NCBI GenBank assembly: GCA_963843575.1
Contig: CAWJKZ010000010.1
Location: forward strand, 384,001 to 448,000
DNA length: 64,000 nucleotides
From: an uncultured Acidobacteriota bacterium
Lineage (GTDB): Bacteria > Acidobacteriota > UBA6911
Direction: 5' to 3'
A program made the position numbers and the translations under genes. Of this stretch, positions 42,167-50,529 are shown piece after piece (position 1 is the stretch's first letter; each line of letters begins with the position of its first letter). Under the pieces are notes generated by a model. The model had not been told where the DNA came from. It worked only from the letters and a program-made list of their open reading frames with translations, and searched no databases.

Positions 42167-42789
42167 AAGTCCTCTCTCTCCTGGAGATGCTTCAGGACCG
42201 GGGCTTCGCCCTGCATCAGCCGAGGCAACACGTGCTCATCCAGGAGCCGGTACCAGGCCGCGCGCCGGAGACTTGCGTCCGGATAGCGCGCTTTCAGAAA
42301 GCCGCGCAGGCCGGCTAAGTCTTCGAGAACCTCCCCGAAAGGTTCTCCGAGAATGCCGCCCAGACAGTCCCGAATCCTGGAAGCGAACGCCGGGGCGGCA
42401 CCGGAAGTCGATACCGTGACGACGAGGTTGCCGCGGCGCAGCACGGCGGGAAAAATGAAGTCCGAATGCAGGGGATCATCGACGATGTTGACCAGGACGT
42501 TGCGGCTCCGCGCACAATCAAAGATCTCCCGGTTGACCGCGGGGTCGTCGGTCGCCCCCACCACGATCCACATCCCATCGAGGTCGGCAGGGACGAATCC
42601 CCGCCTCTCCCACGACACGCCGACTCCCCGGATCAGCTCCTGCACAGGATCGGTGAGCTGCGGGGCAATCACCCGGACACGAGCACCTCCCTGAAGAAGG
42701 GCGCGGATCTTCATGGCCGCCGCGACGCCCCCGCCCACGACAAGCGCCGACCGTCCGTCGAATTTCAGGTGTACAGGATAAAGATCCAT
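42163..42789 (-). CDS. Precorrin-2 dehydrogenase/sirohydrochlorin ferrochelatase (CysG N-terminal part, SirC/Met8-like)
   Basis: LVVGGGVAA..K, ATDD..VN, VNIVDDP..SDF.FP and VSTSGAAP. Confidence 0.92.
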   Translation of the reverse strand: MDLYPVHLKFDGRSALVVGGGVAAAMKIRALLQGGARVRVIAPQLTDPVQELIRGVGVSWERRGFVPADLDGMWIVVGATDDPAVNREIFDCARSRNVLVNIVDDPLHSDFIFPAVLRRGNLVVTVSTSGAAPAFASRIRDCLGGILGEPFGEVLEDLAGLRGFLKARYPDASLRRAAWYRLLDEHVLPRLMQGEAPVLKHLQEREDL

Positions 42790-42830
42790 AAAACGAAAAA
42801 CCCGCCACCTGCTCAGTGGCGGTGGCGGGC
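42790..42830 (-). terminator. Intrinsic terminator (attenuator) immediately before the siroheme operon start codon
   Basis: Minus strand CCCGCCACC-gccactgagca-GGTGGCGGG-TTTTTCGTTTT-ATG. Confidence 0.85.
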
Positions 42831-42858
42831 TCAGGAGTGTCGTTGATGTGTGCCTGGT

Positions 42859-42939
42859 TTAGACTGCGCCTTCCGCCACCCGGAAACCGCGCAGCGTGCA
42901 ACAACAGGCGCAGATCATGTTCGAGCGGCGGAGAACCAT
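42859..42939 (-). CDS. Cys-rich leader peptide, 26 aa (MVLRRSNMICACCCTLRGFRVAEGAV)
   Basis: 4 Cys in 5 codons; contains GGTGGCGG complementary to the terminator 5' arm; ATG 6 nt after the -10 box. Confidence 0.8.
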   Translation of the reverse strand: MVLRRSNMICACCCTLRGFRVAEGAV

Positions 42940-42945
42940 GCGAGA

Positions 42946-42974
42946 TTTATACCGCGCCACCCGTGCCCTGGCAA
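42946..42974 (-). promoter_or_regulatory. sigma70 promoter TTGCCA-N17-TATAAA
   Basis: -35 at 42974-42969, -10 at 42951-42946, exact 17-nt spacer. Confidence 0.7.
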
Positions 42975-42990
42975 GCCGAATGTGTAGTGT

Positions 42991-43010
42991 ATCTAATCCT
43001 CGGATTAGAT
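42991..43010. promoter_or_regulatory. Perfect palindrome ATCTAATCC-TC-GGATTAGAT, putative operator
   Basis: 9-bp perfect inverted repeat between the two divergent -35 boxes. Confidence 0.65.
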
Positions 43011-43015
43011 GATCG

Positions 43016-43044
43016 TTGACATCCGTCGCGGGCGCTGTTAGTCT
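43016..43044 (+). promoter_or_regulatory. sigma70 promoter TTGACA-N17-TAGTCT with extended -10 TG
   Basis: Consensus -35 at 43016-43021, -10 at 43039-43044. Confidence 0.75.
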
Positions 43045-43128
43045 TCGTCCCAGGATATACATTTGGACGGAGAGCGTCCCTTGGCAGCGAAAGCGACTGG
43101 AACCCGGACTGAAAAGAACGCGGCGGGA

Positions 43129-43206
43129 ATGACGGGGTTTGCCTGTTGCTGCATCTGTCGCGTGCCCGGGAACCGGTCTCTCGTCCATGAGACAATTGAG
43201 CCTTAG
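43129..43206 (+). CDS. Cys-rich leader peptide, 25 aa (MTGFACCCICRVPGNRSLVHETIEP); may start at in-frame TTG 43081
   Basis: 4 Cys in 5 codons; contains GGAACCGG complementary to the terminator 5' arm; GGAG RBS 8 nt before TTG 43081. Confidence 0.8.
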   Translation: MTGFACCCICRVPGNRSLVHETIEP

Positions 43207-43227
43207 CTCAAGGCCATCATTGGGACG

Positions 43228-43270
43228 AAAAAGCCCCGGTTCCTTCGAAGGAACCGGGGCTTTTTTATTT
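43228..43270 (+). terminator. Intrinsic terminator (attenuator) upstream of sulfite reductase
   Basis: GCCCCGGTTCCT-tcga-AGGAACCGGGGC (12-bp perfect stem) followed by TTTTTTATTT. Confidence 0.9.
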
Positions 43271-43323
43271 TGGGGCCGTTCAAACCCGAAAGACCAGGGG
43301 CCTTTCAGCTTCGAGGAGACCTG

Positions 43324-45507
43324 ATGCGCGACGCGAGTCTGGAGATTGCCCGGGACCGCGGTTTGGGCCTAACCGACACAGTGCGCGAGGAATTGGATGT
43401 TTACGAAGAGCTGATCCGGAAATACCGCGCCGGCCAGGTCGACGAAACCAAAATGCAGAAACAGCGGCTGCATTTCGGCACGTACGCGCAGCGCCAGGAA
43501 GGCGTGCAGATGCAGCGGATCAAAATCCCGGGCGGGCGCCTCACTTCCTGCCAGCTCGGTCGCCTTGCAGACGCGGCGGATCGTTTCGCCAGCGGGTTCA
43601 TTCACTTCACCACGCGCGAAGACGCGCAGATCTACTATGTCAAGCTCGATGAAGTACCTGCTCTTCTTCGTTTCCTGGCCGAGGCCGGCATCACGACCCG
43701 CGAAGCCTGCGGCAATACCGTCCGCAACATAACCTGCTGCTACCGTTCGGGCACGACCAAAGATGAGGCTTTCCCGGTGGCGCCGTACGCCGAAGCGCTC
43801 TTCCGTTATCTGGTCCGAAACAGGTACAACCAGAATCTCGGGCGCAAGTTCAAGATCACCTTCGAAGGCTGCACCGAAGACCACTCGCACCTGCGAATTC
43901 ACGACATCGGGCTGCTCGCCCGCCAGCGCCCCGATGAACACGGCAACGTCCAACGCGGATTCCGCATCTGGCTCGGGGGCGGCCTCGGGGCGGCTCCGCA
44001 GGTCGGCTTGCTCTATTGCGACTTCCTTCCCGAAGACGAGCTGTTCAACGTGGTCGCCGCAACGCTGCGTCTGTTCGATCGATACGGGGAGCGCAAGGCC
44101 AGGATGAAGGCGCGCATGAAATTCCTCATTCAGACCATGGGATGGGACCGATTCCGCGAGGAACTCGAGGCCGAGCGCATGCGCATGGGACCCGTCGACC
44201 TCCTCCCGGAATATCTCGCGGAAGCGCGCGACGTCGTTCCTCCTCTGACGGAACCGGATGCGGGATTCCGGGTGCTGGAGGGCCGCCTCGACGACGCCTC
44301 CTTTACCAGGTGGGTGCAGGACTCCGCTATCGAACACAGGATCCCGTGGCTTCGCGGCGTGCACGTACGCCTCAAAATGGGGGACATAACCGCGGAACGC
44401 GCGCGCCGTCTGGCGCTTCTGGCGCGCAGATTCTCGGCGGGAGAACTGCGGATCTCCATCGAGCAGAACATCTATTTCCCGTGGGTTTCCGCGGACGCTC
44501 TCCCCGACCTGTACGACGGTCTGGGCGAATTGTCGCTGGCCGATCCGGGCGCGGAGACCGTCGAAGACACGACGACCTGCCCGGGAGCCGATACGTGCAG
44601 GCTTGGCATTGCTTCAGCGAAAGGCCTGGGCAGCGTCATCTCCGAGGCCCTGACCGGCCCGGGGACCGCGCATCGCGAACTTGCCCGTTCGCTGCGTATC
44701 AAGGTCTCCGGCTGTCCCAACGGGTGTGCTCAACACTCGATTGCCGACGTCGGATTCCAGGCAGCGGCACTGAATCACGAAGGTCGTACGGTGCCGGCCT
44801 ATCTCGTGTCGGTGGGAGGAAGAGCAAATCTCGACGACGCCGAGTTCGGCCGGCTGATCGGGCGAATTCCGGCAAGGAACGGGGTGCCGGCCCTGCAGGC
44901 ACTCCTCGATCTGTTTAGTCGAGAGAAACTTCCGAACGAGACCTTCGGCAAGTTTGTGGACCGAGTGGGAGAGACCACTTTGAAAGCGGCGCTCGAGCCG
45001 TTGAAACACGTTCCGGCTTATGCGGAGGACCCGTCGTATTACGAAGACTGGGGACATGAGAACGAGCGTTTCGCCGTGCGGCAGGGTGTCCGGGGCGAAT
45101 GCGCCGGTGCGACAGTCGCAGAAACCGTGCCCACGATCGCGGCGGCGTGGGAATGGCTCGCCCAGGCGCGTGCCTTTTTGTATCACCAGGAGTACAAGTC
45201 GGCAGCCCTGGCCGCTTACGAGGCGGCCGCGTGTGCTGCCCGCGTTCCGCTGTATCAGCGTCTCGTCGATCCATTCACTTCGGATCAGGCTCTTTGGGAA
45301 TTCGAGAACATCTTCGTGCTGTCCGGCATGACGGGGGACGAGTGGAAAGATATCTCGAATTGGTTCGAGAGTCGGAAAAACCGGACGGCGGACGATGGGT
45401 CCGCTCGCGAAATTCTGGGTGGGGCGCAGCGACTGATCGAGTACTGTGCCTCATTCAACGAGGCGTCGCCGAAACCGGTGTCGCCCCCCGCAGGTGCGGG
45501 ACTGTAA
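43324..45507 (+). CDS. Ferredoxin-type sulfite (nitrite/sulfite) reductase hemoprotein with C-terminal HEPN-like extension
   Basis: HFTTR, ACGNTVRN, RKFK, TCPGADTCRLG and SGCPNGC siroheme/4Fe-4S motifs; RBS GAGGAG; adjacent to cysH. Confidence 0.92.
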   Translation: MRDASLEIARDRGLGLTDTVREELDVYEELIRKYRAGQVDETKMQKQRLHFGTYAQRQEGVQMQRIKIPGGRLTSCQLGRLADAADRFASGFIHFTTREDAQIYYVKLDEVPALLRFLAEAGITTREACGNTVRNITCCYRSGTTKDEAFPVAPYAEALFRYLVRNRYNQNLGRKFKITFEGCTEDHSHLRIHDIGLLARQRPDEHGNVQRGFRIWLGGGLGAAPQVGLLYCDFLPEDELFNVVAATLRLFDRYGERKARMKARMKFLIQTMGWDRFREELEAERMRMGPVDLLPEYLAEARDVVPPLTEPDAGFRVLEGRLDDASFTRWVQDSAIEHRIPWLRGVHVRLKMGDITAERARRLALLARRFSAGELRISIEQNIYFPWVSADALPDLYDGLGELSLADPGAETVEDTTTCPGADTCRLGIASAKGLGSVISEALTGPGTAHRELARSLRIKVSGCPNGCAQHSIADVGFQAAALNHEGRTVPAYLVSVGGRANLDDAEFGRLIGRIPARNGVPALQALLDLFSREKLPNETFGKFVDRVGETTLKAALEPLKHVPAYAEDPSYYEDWGHENERFAVRQGVRGECAGATVAETVPTIAAAWEWLAQARAFLYHQEYKSAALAAYEAAACAARVPLYQRLVDPFTSDQALWEFENIFVLSGMTGDEWKDISNWFESRKNRTADDGSAREILGGAQRLIEYCASFNEASPKPVSPPAGAGL

Positions 45508-46292
45508 TGAGTGAATCGCCTACTCCACACGAAATCCGCGAAGAACACCAGGTTCTCGTGGCAGGTCGTGTTTTGACTGGAGAAACTGCCTTGCCCGAAC
45601 AGCAGACGAGCTCGTTGTCGCTCTCCGAAAAAGTCGAGATCAGCAAGACCATCATCGAATATGCCATCAGCAAGCACCCGCGTATTTTTGCCGCGTGCTC
45701 CTTCGGCAAGGATTCCCGAGTGATTGTGGATCTTGCGGCGCAGGTTCGTCCGGAGATCCCGTTCATAGGCATCGACACCGGCTACGAATTCCCGGAAACC
45801 CTGGCGTATGCCGACGAGCTCGTGCGCCAAACCGGCGTACGCTTCCGGTGGGTGCGGCCATCGGACGAAGCGCGCCGCAGGATCGACGAACAGTACGGCG
45901 ATTCGTTCATCAGGAACGATCAGTACAAGTGCTGCGAGATGAAGATCCCGGCGATCGAGGGGATCCTGGCGGAATACGACGCCTGGATCACGGGTCTGCG
46001 GCGCGACGAAACCGAATATCGTAAGAATACGAGACTGATCGAGGCGGGAAGGGTCGCCAAGGTCAATCCCATCGCCTTCTGGAACAAGGAGGACGTCTGG
46101 AACTACATCAGCGGCAATGGTCTGAGTTATCACCCGCTGTATGACCTCGGTTATACCTCTCTCGGCTGCAAGCCCTGCACAACCGGCGGCAGAGTTCGTT
46201 CCGGTGGTGGCAGGCAGGGCCAGTTTGAGAGAGCAGGACGCTTCGCGGGCACATCCAATCAGGGACAGGAGTGTGGACTGCATCTGATCTGA
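45507..46292 (+). CDS. cysH: (Phospho)adenylyl-sulfate reductase, Fe-S (APS reductase) type
   Basis: SFGKDS, DTGY.FPET, KCCEMK, TGLRRDE, SLGCKPCT and ECGLH; TAATG coupling to the upstream gene. Confidence 0.93.
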   Translation: MSESPTPHEIREEHQVLVAGRVLTGETALPEQQTSSLSLSEKVEISKTIIEYAISKHPRIFAACSFGKDSRVIVDLAAQVRPEIPFIGIDTGYEFPETLAYADELVRQTGVRFRWVRPSDEARRRIDEQYGDSFIRNDQYKCCEMKIPAIEGILAEYDAWITGLRRDETEYRKNTRLIEAGRVAKVNPIAFWNKEDVWNYISGNGLSYHPLYDLGYTSLGCKPCTTGGRVRSGGGRQGQFERAGRFAGTSNQGQECGLHLI

Positions 46293-46519
46293 CCCGCTCG
46301 GACAAGCGGGATCAGCCTTCGAGGAGGGCCGACGATCCTGCGGCCGCAGGAACCGCGCGCGGCCTGTTTGGGCCGTGGCCGAGAGGAGGCCGACGTCGAC
46401 CACCCGCGCCAGCGCGGTCTGGAGTCCCGCCCCCCAAGCCTGGCGAGCCTCTGGAAGAGCCACGTCGAAGCTCGTCTGGTTGGGCGGGGAATGCAGGGTC
46501 CAGCGCAAGCCGGACAGGG

Positions 46520-47119
46520 TCACTTCAAACTTGGAGCGATGAAGGCGTTCAACAAGGGAAACGACAATCCTCCCACGACGCGCTGCTCCTTGCCCTCCAT
46601 CGTGACGAAAAATGTGGGGGTCGACACCACGTTTCTCTTCTTGCCCAGGGCGATTTCGCGATCAATCGTCTCCTGGATCGCCTGGTCCTTCAGTCTTTCT
46701 CTCACCTTTTCCATTTCGCCCGGCGTAAGAACGCGGGCAACCACGCGATCGATGTTACCGTCGAAAGCCCATTCTGCCTGACAGGTATAGAGATATCTGA
46801 TGACTTTGATGAGCTGCTCTTGACCCAGGCCCGCGCACGCCACAGCGTAAGTGCTTGCGATCCTGGAGGATGCATGCACGGGAAGCGGAAGCTCGTGGAA
46901 AATGACCGCCACCTTGTTGCCGGAAGAGTACCGGTCCAACAGCGGGTCGACAGTGTCGAGATAAAACGTGCGGCAGGCCGGACACTCAAAATCCGAGAAA
47001 ATTTCGATCCTGACAGGGGAGTCGGGCCTGCCCATAAGATAATTCCCGGGAGCGTCGGTGCGGGTCGCTTCCACCGCCGGTTGTACCATGACCAGGAGTG
47101 CCAGCACGATCCAACTCAT
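46520..47119 (-). CDS. DsbA-family thioredoxin-fold protein
   Basis: FSDFECPAC and VVSTPTFFV; signal peptide. Confidence 0.88.
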   Translation of the reverse strand: MSWIVLALLVMVQPAVEATRTDAPGNYLMGRPDSPVRIEIFSDFECPACRTFYLDTVDPLLDRYSSGNKVAVIFHELPLPVHASSRIASTYAVACAGLGQEQLIKVIRYLYTCQAEWAFDGNIDRVVARVLTPGEMEKVRERLKDQAIQETIDREIALGKKRNVVSTPTFFVTMEGKEQRVVGGLSFPLLNAFIAPSLK

Positions 47120-47423
47120 CGCGGTTCCTCTCCTCTAGAGATCGCTACAGGGTCCTCTTAACTGATAACACGTTTTGCCGCGACGGTGTATGCCGTTTGT
47201 CAGGCGGCCTGTCGCCAGGTCGATCTGTGGGGATCCGCGCGCATCCGCGTCCTGACAAATACGTTGGCGTATTTGTGAACATCAGTACTTTGTGAGGACG
47301 CAGCTTGTCGTTGTGCCGCGTGGGGCAAGGAACCCGGTGGAACGGCCGACCCCCCGAGCACCCAAATCCTTCGAGGTGAGCCTCTCGGGGCCGCGGCGAG
47401 CCGCCGCGGCCCACTCCGCTGTT

Positions 47424-49229
47424 TCAGGAGCCTGCCGCCTGATCGAGGATGCGCTTCACCGCCGGATTGGGATCGGCGATTTCCCTCCCCGAGCGCACCG
47501 TGATGGTCGGGATCGCGCCGTGTTCTTCGTGAATGCGCATCCGGAGCTGCTCCTCGGCATTGCTGCCTCCAAGCGACGAGTAGCCGAAAGCCCGGCACAG
47601 CCGTCCGAGGAGAAAATCGTTCAGCGGACAGCTGCCGGTCCTGTCGAGCCCCTCGATACTGCCTTGCCAGCTCCGGAAGAGGTGCACCTGCCCGAAGGAC
47701 TGGCCCTGGGCGGTGATTTCGTTCAATCCCTCGCCGCCGACGACCAGCCCGCTGCCGAGACCTGCGATCTCGGCGATCAACCTCTTGATCCCCTCCGTGG
47801 AGGTTGTGCTCTCGACGATGCTGTTGTGGAGGTTGAACGTGTTCAGCGTTACATCGATGAAGACCGATTCCAGCGAAAGCGCGCTGGCGGCGCCGGCGAT
47901 CGCCTCAGACAGAAGGGCCCGCCACATGCTCAGCCCCGGGTGGATCTTCGCCATGACTTTCTTGTCGCGGTGCTCGACTCTGCTCAGGTTGGACTCCGGT
48001 ACCCCGAGCACCTTGCCGTCAACCCAGCTCCATCCCATGATCTTCCTGCTCTCGATATCGCGAAACTGAAAATCCCTGACCATGGGATAGACGGCGTGAC
48101 CGGGGTCGACCTCCAGCGAGTTGAAATGCGGCATGACGTGGAAACCCAGGGACAGGCATTTTGCGATAAACGCCCGCCCGCTTTCGCTCGCTACGTACGT
48201 CGGGTAGTTTTCGTCGTAGTTGTCCGTGCGCCAGCCCGGGAAGTGCAACAGCACCCGGCGGGGCTCGACGCGCTTTGCCAGGGCGTCCAGAATCTGTGGG
48301 TCACCCGGGCACCACGAGATGGCCAGCCGGATGTCGCGCACCCAGGGGCGGCGCGAACGCTCGGCAGCATCGAGTCCGTAAGCCTGCCACAGCCAATCCC
48401 TGTAGCGCTGCACGGGCTTTTTCCAGTCGCCCTGGAAGACGTTGATCCGCCAACCGAGGCCGCCCGCCGCCAGGTTATCGTCGACGGGTCCATACTGTTC
48501 GGTATCGAAAGCGAGCACGTTCGGTCCTGTCCGGTCCCCCGTCAGCAGGGCCTTGTATCGATAGGAGCTGTCCTGCGTGTGGATCCAGAACCCGCCGTTT
48601 TGACCCTGGAGCACAACAAAACCGGCCTCCCAGGCTTGTGGCCAGGTCCAGCGCGAGCCGCGCAGCAAGGGGTCGTCCAATTTGAGTTTGATGCCCTGGA
48701 AGAGAGGCGCCACGAGATACAGGTCGGGACGGATGCCGCCGACAGTCCAGCGACACGCGCGCGCCCCGGGACGTGACGAGTAAGCCGACGGTTCCAGGAC
48801 GAGGTCTCCGGACTCGGGCTCGACAGTCACTGCGATCACGCCGTCGGCGTCCCAGTGGTGGAAGATGATCTCCGCCCTGAGGTCGGACAGTTTTCGGCAT
48901 CCGATGCTGCCGTAACGGTTCTCGTCGATGGAGACGGTCTCGGAACCGGAATAAAGCAGCTGCAGGGCCGGTGCTGCCGGCTGTTGCCCGGTAATCAGGT
49001 ACTCCCCCGTGGCCTTGTTCTTCAGGGAGGTAATCGAGCCCTTGTCGATCACCGCCGCGAGGGTGCCCGTCTCAATGTACAACCGCCCTTCTTTGATTTC
49101 GAGGGACGCCTGTCCAGCGGCGCCTTGCCCGCCCGTGCTCGCGCGCGACCGGTTTGTTGCGTGCACGACGGGGGCCGCGGTAACCGCGGCTGCAACTTCT
49201 TTCAGGAATGTCCTGCGCGAGCTTGACAT
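47424..49229 (-). CDS. Tat-exported hypothetical protein, possible glycoside-hydrolase-like TIM barrel
   Basis: SRRTFL; GWRTDNYDENYP, GFHVMPHFN, VFIDV and GGEGLNE. Confidence 0.6.
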   Translation of the reverse strand: MSSSRRTFLKEVAAAVTAAPVVHATNRSRASTGGQGAAGQASLEIKEGRLYIETGTLAAVIDKGSITSLKNKATGEYLITGQQPAAPALQLLYSGSETVSIDENRYGSIGCRKLSDLRAEIIFHHWDADGVIAVTVEPESGDLVLEPSAYSSRPGARACRWTVGGIRPDLYLVAPLFQGIKLKLDDPLLRGSRWTWPQAWEAGFVVLQGQNGGFWIHTQDSSYRYKALLTGDRTGPNVLAFDTEQYGPVDDNLAAGGLGWRINVFQGDWKKPVQRYRDWLWQAYGLDAAERSRRPWVRDIRLAISWCPGDPQILDALAKRVEPRRVLLHFPGWRTDNYDENYPTYVASESGRAFIAKCLSLGFHVMPHFNSLEVDPGHAVYPMVRDFQFRDIESRKIMGWSWVDGKVLGVPESNLSRVEHRDKKVMAKIHPGLSMWRALLSEAIAGAASALSLESVFIDVTLNTFNLHNSIVESTTSTEGIKRLIAEIAGLGSGLVVGGEGLNEITAQGQSFGQVHLFRSWQGSIEGLDRTGSCPLNDFLLGRLCRAFGYSSLGGSNAEEQLRMRIHEEHGAIPTITVRSGREIADPNPAVKRILDQAAGS

Positions 49230-49604
49230 AACCGACCTCCTGAGTGATCCGGTCCACATCAACCGCGATTGTACGCCGGCAACGGCGCTCGTGATTGTCG
49301 CTCACTGATCCCTGAAAAACGAGAACTCTGTCGATCGGCGGTTTTTTGGCCGCGGAACTCCCTCCCCGTACGCCGACCTGCGCCGACCCGGGCATTTCGT
49401 CGGCGCTTCCTCGGCGTCCCTCGGCGTGCGGGCTGCTGAACGAAACAGACCGGAGGACTGGGTCGAGACTTGGGTGTATCTGGAGACATGGCCTATGCCG
49501 GTGATTCGCCCGAGTTCAGGTTATACTTGGGCTACCCTTTTCGCGGCCTCCACGGCACGCGCCGGAAGCGGCCGGGGAAAGCCTCCGATGCAGGTCGAGG
49601 GCTT

Positions 49605-50423
49605 ATGCTGACAATCATGGTCGTCTCGGACGCGACCGGCGAGACTGCGGAGCGCGTGGTTCGCGCGGCCCTCGTGCAGTTCAGGAACGCGCCCGCAACC
49701 ATCGTCCGGCGCGGCAACGTGCGCACTCCGCAGAAGGTCCGCGCCGTCGTCAGGGAGGCAGCCCGGCACGACACGCTCATAGTCCACACGCTCGTCACTC
49801 ACGCGCTGCGCCGCCTGATGCTCAAGGAGTCCCGGCTGAACGGCGTCGAGTCGATGGACTTGATGGGCCCGGTGCTGGACCGGCTCGTCACCCTCTTGAG
49901 GCTGACGCCGCGGCAGCGGCCCGGGCTGTTCAAGCAGCTGGCCGAAGCCAAATCCAGGGTTATCGAGGCCGTGGAGTTCGCCTTCCGGCACGACGACGGG
50001 CTGCACGCGGAAGAACTCAACCAGGCGGAGATCGTGCTGGTCGGCATTTCGCGGGTGATGAAAACCCCCACCACGATGTACCTGGCTTACAGGGGCTGGT
50101 TCGCCGCAAATGTCCCGATCATCCTCGAGGTCCCGCCACCGCGGGAGTTACTGCGGCTGCGCGCCGACCGCGTGTTCTGTCTCGTCGGGGCCCCCGATCG
50201 CCTGCTGGAACTGCGGCGCGCCCGCGCCGACTCCGCCAACATCCCCGAACAGCCCTACGCCTCGCCTGCCTACATCCGACAGGAACTGCTCCACTCGCGG
50301 CGGCTCAGCCGCGATCGTGGCTGGCGGCAGATCGAAGTCACGGGAAAGTCGGTGGAAGAAGTCGCCCGCGAGATCCTCATGCTCCTCCCGGAAAAGGAAC
50401 AGTCACGCGGCCCCGCGTGGTAG
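49605..50423 (+). CDS. Pyruvate/PEP dikinase regulatory protein (DUF299, kinase/pyrophosphorylase)
   Basis: VSDATGETAE, HDDG, LVGISRVMKTPTTMYLA, ANVP and KSVEE. Confidence 0.9.
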   Translation: MLTIMVVSDATGETAERVVRAALVQFRNAPATIVRRGNVRTPQKVRAVVREAARHDTLIVHTLVTHALRRLMLKESRLNGVESMDLMGPVLDRLVTLLRLTPRQRPGLFKQLAEAKSRVIEAVEFAFRHDDGLHAEELNQAEIVLVGISRVMKTPTTMYLAYRGWFAANVPIILEVPPPRELLRLRADRVFCLVGAPDRLLELRRARADSANIPEQPYASPAYIRQELLHSRRLSRDRGWRQIEVTGKSVEEVAREILMLLPEKEQSRGPAW

Positions 50424-50440
50424 CCGGATCCCGTCGCAGT

Positions 50441-50465
50441 GGGTGGGGGCGGCCCGCCCCCACCC
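50441..50465. terminator. GC-rich hairpin between convergent genes
   Basis: gggtgggggcg-gcc-cgcccccaccc; similar hairpin at 56266-56291. Confidence 0.5.
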
Positions 50466-50529
50466 TCGATTGAGCTTCAGCCAGCAACGGGTCGGCTCAC
50501 CTTCGGGCCGACGCGGCCCACTAGCCCAT

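Noticed and set aside
42865-42882. ttccgccacc as an att copy of the tRNA 3' end
   Set aside because: Match is too short and is explained as the antiterminator segment
43050-43270. SAM riboswitch or T-box upstream of the sulfur genes
   Set aside because: No SAM-I core (ATC.AGAG...GCAACC...GTGC) or T-box (AAGGTGGTACC-like) consensus seen; the uORF-attenuator model fits better
45080-45507. HEPN-like tail as a toxin or anti-phage RNase
   Set aside because: No RxxxxH motif evident; it is fused to a metabolic enzyme in a sulfur operon
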